From positions 126,418,001 to 126,482,000 of the forward strand of contig OZ024742.1 of NCBI GenBank assembly GCA_964016885.1: DNA of 64,000 nt. The letters are read 5' to 3'. The notes under the pieces were generated by a model. It was not told the origin of the DNA. It saw only the letters and a program-made list of their open reading frames with translations, and searched no databases. Numbering within the stretch: position 1 is the stretch's first letter; each line of letters starts with the position of its first letter. Shown here piece after piece: positions 54,301 to 64,000 of this stretch. This DNA is from Eledone cirrhosa. Taxonomy: Eukaryota. Both the position numbers and the translations under genes were made by a program.

Positions 54301-54837
54301 TTCTGATTAATTTTGAGGGATGTTTAAGTCAATTAAATCAAATCCAGTGTGTTACTGGTACTTTACTTTATCGACCCCGTAGTGATGAGAGCTAAAGCTA
54401 ACCCATAGCGATATTTGGACTCGGAACGTAAAGGGACGTAGCAACATGCCATATGTTTATAGATAATTGTTTCTACTTTTGGCACAAGGCCAGCAATTTG
54501 AAGAGATGGGGGGAAATCGATTAAATCGATCCCAATTATGTAACTGGTACATTATTTTATCGACTCCGTAAGGATGAATGGCAAATGTAACTTCGGTGGG
54601 ATTTGACCTCGGAACACAAAGGGACGTAATTATCTGGCATATATGTTTATAAATAATTGTTTCTACTTTTGGCACATGGCCAGCAATTACCCAGTGCATT
54701 ACTGGTACTTTATTTTATTGACCCCGGAAGGATGAAAGGCAAAGTTAATCTCGGCGGGATTTGAACTCAGATCATACAAGGAGGTAACTCTATGCTTCAA
54801 AACATGGCATCCGACCCTCTACCGATACTGCCAATCC
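54301..54837 (-). mobile_element. Three tandem SINE family A copies next to the Helitron 5' end
   Basis: ctggtacttta...gacccc...gatga recurs three times. Confidence 0.8.
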
Positions 54838-55338
54838 TATAAATAATTATCGTATATAAGTCTTGCTATTTTTACATGTAGTTTTAGGACCAACCGTTTA
54901 CACACACACAGAGTTTAACAAATCTGAAACACTGACATATTGGAACGTGTGTGCGGGTGTGTGGGTGTGCGCGTGGGTGTGTGTGTGTGGGTGTGTGTGT
55001 GGGTGTGTGTGTGTGTGGGGGGGGGGCTGCGAAGTAGTGTGATGGTGATTAAACGTCGATCATAGCCAAATTATTTCGAATATTTATATATTTTTATTTT
55101 ACCATTTTTCTCATTACTAATATTATTATTTTTTTTTGTCACAAAACAGGATGGGGAAACAATTATTACTAATTTGGAGTTTTACATATGTCCGTGACCT
55201 GCACATTTTTTCTCGGAAAGTAAGACATGGTAAATGGGAAATTAAATTAGCGGAAAGCAATTGTTAGTGACACACACACGTATGTTTCTTTGGTTTAAGC
55301 AAAAGGCCAATATCTGTTAGGAAGGCGTATAAACGAAT

Positions 55339-55391
<53 letters not shown>

Positions 55392-56439
55392 CCCGGGTTC
55401 AATCGGGGGTAACCACAGTAAGGTACTCATGATGATTTCCTTCGAATGAAACAGTTCTAGTCCTGTAAAAGTCATTTCTATAATAAAATGAATATACGTA
55501 TATTCTTCTAACATCATTGAATATCTTTTTTGACATTGGTCGCCTCTCGATTTACACTGGGATCTCTCTCTCACACACACATATACACACGTTGTTGGTC
55601 TTCCGTGGCTTGCTCTTTTGAATTGCAGCTACAACTCATTTTGTCAGCTAAGTGGATTAGAGCAACATGAAGTGTCTTGCTCAAGGATATAATGCATTGC
55701 CAAGAATCGACCTCCTGTCATTGCACTCGTGAACTTAACATGTACACAAGCGGTGCTTGAACTTTTGAAATGCTGAGAGTATGAGTTTCATAGAAAATGT
55801 ATGAAAACGGATGTAGTTGGTTACTATAAATAACTTTGAAAATCGGGTAAAACCTCTAATAGACGAAAAAAGACGAAAAAAGACGAAAAAAGACGATTAC
55901 AACCACCTGGTCGACAATGCTGGTGCCTATGTAAGATTTTAAAACTAAACTTCTACCATTATACTGGTCAAAATATAATTTGTTTTATGAGAATCGACTA
56001 ATAATTAATAAAGTTATTAAAATTTTCAACAGGAAGTTTCTATCCAGCCACTATGTATATATGGCTGCTGGAAACTTCTTTTGGCAGAGACGTTGGAGCG
56101 GAGGACAAAATACCTGACGGTATTTGTTCCAGTTCTTTAGCTTATGAGATCAAATCCCGTTGTAAGTTATTTTGGTGGTAAACTTCATCCATGGTCCGGT
56201 TTATCACCAACATCTGGTCCTTTTGTGATTTAAGTGGAGACTATTCTGTTAAAGCATTCGGACCAGGTTTCCAAACTTGTGGGTACCATCATCCTTCCGC
56301 ACCTTTAGAAACGGAAGCCCCGATAAGAGTCATAGGTACTGCTCTTCCCTCTCTGAGTAAAAAATTAAAAGAAAACCGACTTCCTCCAATTGAGCCAGTT
56401 TTTGGTTTTGAGCTATAAACGTTTTCCTTCACACCTCCC

Positions 56440-56676
56440 CTCCCTCACAGAAAAAAAAATTGCATGGACGTAAGTTAGGGTTTCTTGATGACCAGTCATG
56501 TGGATTTTGATAACCCAACCAACATCCTGGAAATTGGACATCAAACGATTCGTGCAAAACGAGGAGAGGCGCTATCGTGCAAGAATATGAGGTCATTGAT
56601 GTTGTCCCAAGTGGTCAGAGTAAGCCAATCATCAGCTTCAATTTTCAATAGGGAGTTTCTTTTCACCCAGCCTGTA
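56440..56676 (-). mobile_element. Decayed Tc1/mariner transposon fragment
   Basis: Minus strand begins TA-CAGGCTGGGTGAAAAGAAACTCCC (TIR-like). It then encodes IFLHDSASPRFARIV...QFPGCWLG...DWSSRNPNLRPCNFFL*G, comparable to 'FQQDGAPPH...WPPRSPDLTPCDFFLWG'. Confidence 0.7.
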
Positions 56677-57399
56677 TATGACCGCTTCATAAATTTATGA
56701 TGGTGAAAGTGACAGAAGAGACTGACTGTTCAACTGAGTAAATAAATACCACATATATTTGTTTGAACACATTAATGTCTTCACAATTTCTCTGACGAGC
56801 ATACTCTTCGCCGATATAAAGGGATCGGGAAGAAATCACAACTAAATAAGGTACTCAATACATTTGTAGAGAAGATACATATTTCATATAGACATTCCTG
56901 ATGATTTCATACGAATGAAACAGTTCTGTAGAAGTCATTTCTATATTACACACACACACACAAGTAAATTACACACACACACACCTAGTAAGGTTTGTGC
57001 AAAACTGAGGAAATATTTTATGAACAGGGATTAATCAATCATCGAACCTTCTCCACTTTCAGCCTTTATTAAAACTTCTGCAAAACACACATCCATACAA
57101 ACCAGAGTATAGTGTGTGTGTTTATATATAAATATATATCTACAGATTTCTGTACACAAACACACACACGTGTGTATGTGTGTGAATCTTCAACCTATTC
57201 GTATTTATCGTTGTTGTGGTATAAGTATGGCCACTGATTTCGGTCACTTTTCTTGGTGTCACCCTTTAACTTTGTTTATTCTGGACGATAATGTATTAAC
57301 CTCTTGCTCCATTGAGTGCTTTGTAACCGCCACAAACAATTCGATTAGTATCTGGTATATTATAGCTACAACTTCCTCTCTCTCTTTCATTATATATAT

Positions 57400-57446
<47 letters not shown>

Positions 57447-58128
57447 CGAATGACAGAAATATATCAAACAGGAGGTAATAAAAATCAAAAAATCAAAATA
57501 AAAAAAAAAATAAAAAAATCAAACACCACACACACACATTGTGTATATACGTACTGTGTAACACAAGAGACTTGGGAGGCTATTTACGACTCCAACACCA
57601 TTAATACTGTAACCCCGCTCCTTCCACACATACTCATCCACAAATAAACATAATAGATCCCATCATCGATTACTTTTATCATACTATACTAAAGCATCGG
57701 GGTGTGCGTGTGCGTGCGTGCGTATGTGCGTATGTATGTGCGTATGTATGTGCGTATGTATGTGCGTATGTATGTGCGTATGTGCGTATGTGCGTATGTG
57801 CGTATGTATGTATGTGCGTATGTATGTATGTATGATTAATGATAGACACCTTCTCTGTCATTGATTAATATCTTACAAGTAAAATGATTGCTGAGGAAAA
57901 TCAGTAAAGTTACGTTTATTGTAAAAGGTACTTTGTAGTGAGATAGCGTGGGAGAGTGTGTATTTGTATCTCGATACTGTAGTCTGTGTGAAGTGTGATA
58001 ATGTAGTGTGTGTGGACACTGTATGTAATCTCTTCAATTGCTTTCACTAAGATAGTTTAACCAGTTTAATAATCGCATTTGTCTGTAAATATAGAACCAG
58101 ACATATTCTAGAGTTCACACATATATAT

Positions 58129-58685
58129 CAACACATACATACACACCATATATACCTATATATATTATATTAAGAGTCACTAACATACATACACACCATA
58201 TATACCTATCTATATTATATTAAGAATCACTAACATACATACACACCATATATACCTATCTATATTATATTAAGAATCACTCACATACATACACACCATA
58301 TATACCTATCTATATTATATTAAGAGTCACTAACATACATACACACCATATATACCTATCTATATTATATTAAGAGTCACTAACATACATACACACCATA
58401 TATACCTATCTATATTATATTAAGAATCACTAACATACATACATACACACCATATATACCTATCTATATTATATTAAGAGTCACTAACATACATACACAC
58501 CATATATACCTATCTATATTATATTAAGATTTTATATTTTTTACACGACTGTATGTAAAATCCCCGGCATGTCTTTGTATTGTCCCCTTTCTTGTTGCGC
58601 CCTTGTGGCTAATAAAGAAATCTATCTATATTATATTAAGAGTCACTAACATACATACACACCATATATACCTATCTATATTATA
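58129..58685. repeat. 50-bp tandem repeat (~9 units) interrupted by LINE tails
   Basis: Unit taacatacatacacaccatatatacctatctatattatattaagartcac. Confidence 0.95.
58530..58621 (+). mobile_element. Very short related LINE tail with a 20-bp TSD
   Basis: Ends ...gcccttgtggctaataaagaaat; flanked by ctatctatattatattaaga at 58510-58529 and 58622-58641. Confidence 0.75.
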
Positions 58686-59196
58686 ACCGCCACCATCCTT
58701 CAAAAACGAAGGAGAGGCGGTTTTCCTTTGTGTGATAGCTATGGCGAAAGAGGTTGTATGGTGGACAAGGTTGAAAGGGCTGAGGTCAGACACCTTTCTC
58801 TCCGGCCAACAACTGATTCTTTTTTTCAAATACCACTTTGGAAGAAGAATCAGAATGGAGAGAGAGGTGCTGTACCCCAGCAAGTTTTATGAAAGGTGGG
58901 TGAAAGTGGCGAGAATGGCCCGAGTGAATGGGCCTTCTCTCTATATCAGCCTGTAGGTTGAGGAAAAGGAGGAGGAGAAGAAAGGAGTACAAGCTCTTCG
59001 TACTCCTGGAGATGAGGGTTGCACATTTTTTTTCGGGTGTATGTGTTACCCATATAAACTGTCTCCCTCTATTGGGGAAAATCGACTAACTTTTAAATTC
59101 CATCTGTGATAACATTTTACACGTTTTTATTGTATGTAAACTTCCCCCTTTGTATTTGTCCCCTTCTTTTGTGCCCCTGTGGCTAATAAAGAAATT
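58686..59196 (+). mobile_element. 5'-truncated L1/Tx1-like LINE (ORF2 C-terminus + 3'UTR)
   Basis: Peptide AMAKEVVWWTRLK...FFKYHFGRRIRMEREVL...FYERW resembles Tx1-type ORF2 C-termini; ends in gtggctAATAAAgaaat. A near-identical copy lies at 36311-36616. The clade assignment is by eye. Confidence 0.7.
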
Positions 59197-59482
59197 TAAA
59201 AAAAATATATATATATATATATTATATTAAGAGTCACTACTGTCCGATTGTCACACGAACGCTAAAATCTAACAAATTCGTTCTAAAATATTTTCATTCA
59301 TGCCAAAATTTATGATAATGGTGTATTCTGGCTTTTTCACTCTTTCTAGTCACCGACAATATATAGGTTGCGAATTAGTAGAGTAGTTAACACATCGGAG
59401 AGAATGCTATCTCAGTTCAAATCCTGCCGTAGTCAACTTTACCTTTCATCCTTTCAATGTCAATAAAAAAAGTACCAGTCCA

Positions 59483-59532
<50 letters not shown>

Positions 59533-59680
59533 TTTGAGTATATGTTGGTTGTATACCATCACCTCAGTATGCATATTGGAGCACTCGACGAAGAGGTCAC
59601 GGACTGCCTGAAGAGGTCACAGCCAAACGAAGCCAAATTTTAAACATTTGACTTATTTATTTTATATATATATATATATA

Positions 59681-60123
59681 TACGATATTAAACAATGGAA
59701 ACTACATTTATAAAACCATATTTATTTCATTATATATATTTCAGGGATATCATATTAAAAATATGGTATGCCCTCTTCAGACAAAATACAATATATATAA
59801 ACAGTTTTATAAATAAATTTGACATACCTTAAAATTTTACAACTTCCATTTAAAAAGTTTTTAACAACTTTTTAAATGGAAGTTGTAAAATTTTAAGGTA
59901 TGTCAAATTTATTTATAAAACTGTTTATATATTGTATTTTGTCTGAAGAGGGCATACCATATTTTTAATATGATATTCCTGAAATATATATAATGAAATA
60001 AATATGGTTTTATAAATGTAGTTTCCATTGTTTAATATCGTAAAATACTCCAAAACTTGTTGAGTGCTTTTATATCAGTTATAAAATATTTACTCGTAAC
60101 CCAACAATTTTAAATAAAACTTT

Positions 60124-60126
<3 letters not shown>
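59681..60126 (+). mobile_element. Fold-back element with hammerhead cores
   Basis: Arms 59681-59859 and 59866-60042 are near-perfect; tail with GTTGAGTGC (60059-67); (TA)n flanks. Confidence 0.8.
59936..59999 (+). ncRNA. Type-I hammerhead ribozyme motif (mirror copy on the - strand at ~59722-59787)
   Basis: attttgt-CTGAAGA-ggg..catatt ttt aatatg..cct-GAAA-tatat-ATA^atgaaat. Confidence 0.7.
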
Positions 60127-60163
<37 letters not shown>

Positions 60164-61210
60164 GTGTGCAGTCATTGTAAAAAAAAAAACTTTGGAAAGC
60201 TTTGTTCTAGACATATAGACAGCCGGACGGATATACGGATATCCAGACAGACAAAAGGATAGGTAGACATAGATATAAATTGGTGGGAAAATTGTTATGT
60301 GCCATAGTTGACCTTTTCAAATGTATTGACCTCATATCAGTAACCTGCCTTGTGTGGAGTGATTAACCTAGTTTTGTCTTTAAATATTTTCCTTGTCATC
60401 GTTGTTATTTCCGTCAATGAGATTACTTTCAGCATTGTATGTATGTATGGACCCGTAACTCCGGAGTCGTAGGCACACCATATTGACGTACGGTGTTTCT
60501 AGGGCCTTTTAAAAACCTGGAGGAGCCCATCTCTCCCCAAGGCCCGAGTACAACGGATTTCTTCCAGAGAAGGATAGAGAGAGACAGAGAGGTAAGTGAG
60601 AAAGAGATACAGAGGAAGAATAGAGTCCAGTACTTGACTGGTACTATTTTTATTGACCTTGAATAGATGAAAGGCAAAGTTAACCTCGGCGGGAATTGAA
60701 CTCAGAGAACAGAGAGTCAGAACGAATATCGCAATGCTTTCTAACAGCTCTGCCAATACGCTACCAACATCAGGCAAAGAAACTGAATATTTTCAAATTT
60801 GCTGCAGATGGAAACATTCAAATCTAATGATTGGAAGCAATTATTACAGTATTTAAGCTTTTTAATCAGACCGAGCTCAGTATTTAGTGATCCGTTAAAT
60901 AGACCCATGAAGAATCAGCAGGAGACAGTTTGTGACAAAGTTCACCCTTGGAATTACATATATTATATAACTACTTTTTGCCAGATGAATAAACTGAATC
61001 AACAAAGTATTGCCGTGAATCGAACTCACTACCTTACGATTGTAAGCTGAATACCCCCCCCCCCCACACACACACTTTCAAAGTTTTTATAGGTTTTGAA
61101 GAGCTCAGATTATCATACCTGATAGTCCCCAGGGAAATATGTATAACAGTGTTTTAAATAAACCTAAATCAACTGAATATGTCCTCCGATCTTTATATAT
61201 ATATATATAT

Positions 61211-61785
61211 GGTATTAGGATTGGTGCTCTGAAATAGCGATGTATACATGAATGTATGTATAGTATATTTGGCAATATACCGTATGTTTAATTAAAAACA
61301 TTTAGAACACCATACGCTATCAGTTTTAAAGTAGTGACTATGTCACTTCTTTTCGGCGAAAGAAGGGAGAGAAGCTCAGTCTGTTTCACGCTGGTTGGCA
61401 TTCATCAGAGCTATCAGTTTTCTTCTAAATGTTTTAAATTAAACATACGGTATATTGCCAAATATACTATACATACATTCATGTATACATCGCTATTTCA
61501 GAGCACCAATCCTAATACCTAATTTTTGCTGGACCGGCAATCGCTCTGTATAATCAGCTCCTGATGATTACTGGAATTCTATAAGAATCCAGCTACTATA
61601 ATTTTCGGCGAAAGCAGGGGAGTACGTGGCTCTGATGAACGCCAACCAGCGTGAAACAGACTCTCAGCTTCTCCTCCTTCTTTCGCCGAAAAGAAGTGAC
61701 TTAGTCACTACTTTAAAACCGATAGCGTATGGTCTTCTAAATGTTTTTAATTAAACATACGGTATATTGCCAAATATACTATACA
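61211..61785. mobile_element. Compound double fold-back element with hammerhead cores
   Basis: 61211-61306 is inverted at 61423-61519, and 61257-61411 is inverted at 61629-61785. Confidence 0.75.
61628..61669 (+). ncRNA. Minimal hammerhead ribozyme motif, possibly mutated in stem III
   Basis: ggct-CTGATGA-acgc caacca gcgt-GAAA-cagact-CTC^agct. An inverted copy at 61373-61411 lacks the cleavage-site TC. Confidence 0.65.
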
Positions 61786-61900
61786 CACACACACACACAC
61801 ACACATATTTATATTAGAAAGTAAGTCCATATAATCATTTGATAAAATATATACAGTATTTCTTCTCCCAATCAGCATAATCAACCACATAAAAAAAATC

Positions 61901-61931
<31 letters not shown>

Positions 61932-62203
61932 ATTAAACGAGTTTAAAATGTACCTATGAAGAAACAATAGATAAATAGCTAAATAGATAAATAGCTATTT
62001 TATCCGCGATCCACAGCCACAGAAGATTTACCTAGTATTTCTAATAGCCCGTAGAAATTGACTAGACATATAACTAACCATACCCAATTAGGTACAAAAT
62101 CAAAGTTAGAAGAAAAAATATACATAAACATACCAAAATCATGTTTCTACCCCCGGGGGTTTCATTCGCTTTTTGGAAATATCCGATCATCGATAAATCA
62201 TGG

Positions 62204-62244
<41 letters not shown>

Positions 62245-62246
<2 letters not shown>

Positions 62247-62441
62247 GGGTGTTTTAAAAAATTTGATATCATTTGAGATATAAATATCCCAGCAACTAAA
62301 ATCTAAGACAATTAGGCTGTAGAGCACCATAAGATTTATTCTTCAAAATCTGACATAACACTAATTCACAATATATATTTTAATGTGACAACCATGATAT
62401 CAAATTTTGATTTTGAAGAGACCATGTTTTTGAAACACCAT

Positions 62442-62442
<1 letters not shown>
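62245..62442. mobile_element. Tc1/mariner-type MITE
   Basis: TA-TAGGGTGTTTTAAAAA ... TTTTTGAAACACCATG-TA imperfect TIRs with TA flanks. Confidence 0.6.
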
Positions 62443-62489
<47 letters not shown>

Positions 62490-62856
62490 CCTTTTACATA
62501 TTCTCTTGTGTCCATGGTCAGTAGATTTAGCTCTCTATTCCGTTCAGCTGTCTGCTTTGTGTAATAATCTGTGAGTTTTACAACACTATACCGAGTTAAA
62601 ATAATCTTGCAGGAAAAAAAATACTTTCTGTAGATCAACATCTTATCCTGGGTGCAGGGATTAGTCTCAGCTGTTTAACTGATTAACTCTGCAACCGGAA
62701 AACGGAGATAAACTTCAGCTTATGTGTCGTTGTGATGCAGTAAAGAACTATACATTTAGCTTATTTTGAGACACATGATATACGTACATACATATACATT
62801 ATAGACAGATATATACATCAAGCGTACTTCTATTGCGTGTGTGTATATATATATAT

Positions 62857-63215
62857 AGAAAAAAAGATGAAATCGAAAATGCAACTGGAGTCTTATTTAA
62901 AAAAAATATATATATATTTATTTGGTTCCTTTACCGGTTTCGCAGTTCTTCTGCTTTTCAAAAATAGGGTTGAGATGGAGGGTCTGTGGTTTTTCTCACA
63001 TCAGATGTGAGAAAAACCACAGACCCTCCATCTCAACTCTACTTTTGAAAAGCAGAAGAACTGCGAAACCGGTGAAGGAACCAAATAAATATATTTTTTT
63101 TAAAAATAAGACTCCAGTTGCATTTTCGATTTCATCTTTTTTTCTTTATACTTTCACTCGTGTAGGACACCTCGGTTACTTTTCATTTTGTAAAAAAACA
63201 TCACTTTCTAATATA
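62857..63215 (+). mobile_element. Fold-back element (~145-bp arms centred on 63003) plus tail, inserted in (TA)n
   Basis: Direct inverted repeat 62857-63002 / 63004-63145. Confidence 0.8.
62929..62964 (-). ncRNA. Minimal hammerhead motif with U3-A8 variant core
   Basis: Minus strand ttt-TTGAAAA-gcag aagaa ctgc-GAAA-ccg-GTA^aag, inside the 62857-63145 palindrome. Confidence 0.55.
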
Positions 63216-64000
63216 ATATATATATATATACACGCAATAGAGGTACGCTTGATGTATCTATCTGTCTATAATGTATATATATATATATATACATATATAT
63301 AGTAGAGTAGACTAGAATATATATTTGCCTGATCCAGAAACCTTTTCTTCCGAAGATCACCTAATGCATTTTATAAGCTATTTTATAGCATCCCCGCACA
63401 ACATTCTTTATACTAACTTTATCGCCCTAACGCTCCGTAAAAGTCCGAGAGATTGGTTTCGTATACATGATGTTTGTTCACATTTAAAGGCTGTGATTCA
63501 ATTATCTAATTTAAGATGGTAAGAGTTGCCACGGTGCCTTGGTTTAATGGTGTAAGTGCTTAGCTGGTCTCGAGGATATAGAGGGTATGGTTCCTAATAG
63601 AGGCCTATGGCAACTTCTTTTTCCGTCTTTAAAGGTTCATATCCATCCTATTTTATAAGCTATTTTATAGCATTTCTGCTCATGAGCACTATTCTTTATA
63701 TGAATGTTTTTTTTTCTGTTTCCTCAGGAGGGAATGTTAGTGCTCATGATTTTTCTCAAGGTCTCTGAGAGCGGAGGTAATTCAACCGGGTAATAGATTA
63801 CTTCTACCACCGAAGTAGGTCCAGGCGAGATTTGGGCTAAGAATGCGAAGAGGCAGAACAAATACCACAAGGTATCCCATCCGAAAATTTCGGCATCCCA
63901 TCGCTTCAGACATATACTTTATCTCTCTCGGAGATCTGCAGCAGAGTGGACTCCGCTAAAAGCAACCAAGGTGCCAGATTCATGGTTAGTTTCTCAGATT

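Noticed and set aside
58129-58685. CRISPR-like appearance of regular repeats
   Set aside because: Head-to-tail units with no unique spacers, eukaryotic context, no cas genes.
40239-64000. Search for the N-terminal TM1 exon of M6 (PYASL-type motif)
   Set aside because: No matching exon recognised by eye; it is probably outside the window, though I may have missed it.

Overview
AT-rich, microsatellite-dense animal genomic DNA. The SINE/LINE content looks like an octopus/coleoid cephalopod genome (inferred, not verified). The only host gene I can support is a minus-strand, 5'-partial proteolipid (M6/GPM6/PLP-DM20 family) gene. Its five coding exons (40238-40079, 15191-15056, 11038-10989, 10587-10522, 6672-6544) splice in frame to 179 aa; the TM1 exon was not found and probably lies beyond 64000. 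The introns and flanks hold an 11.7-kb ~40-bp-unit satellite with higher-order structure (the source of the giant spurious ORFs), other simple-repeat blocks, a decayed Helitron with both termini (50170-54296), RTE and Tx1/L1-like LINE fragments, two SINE families and MITEs. The most striking signal is a recurring class of about ten fold-back (palindromic) elements, mostly inserted in (TA)n tracts. Most carry a type-I hammerhead ribozyme core (CUGANGA...GAAA...NUH) on each arm, and several end in a shared ACTC...TTGAGTRC tail. They resemble Penelope-like retroelement termini, range from near-perfect to decayed, and would form long dsRNA in the pre-mRNA.
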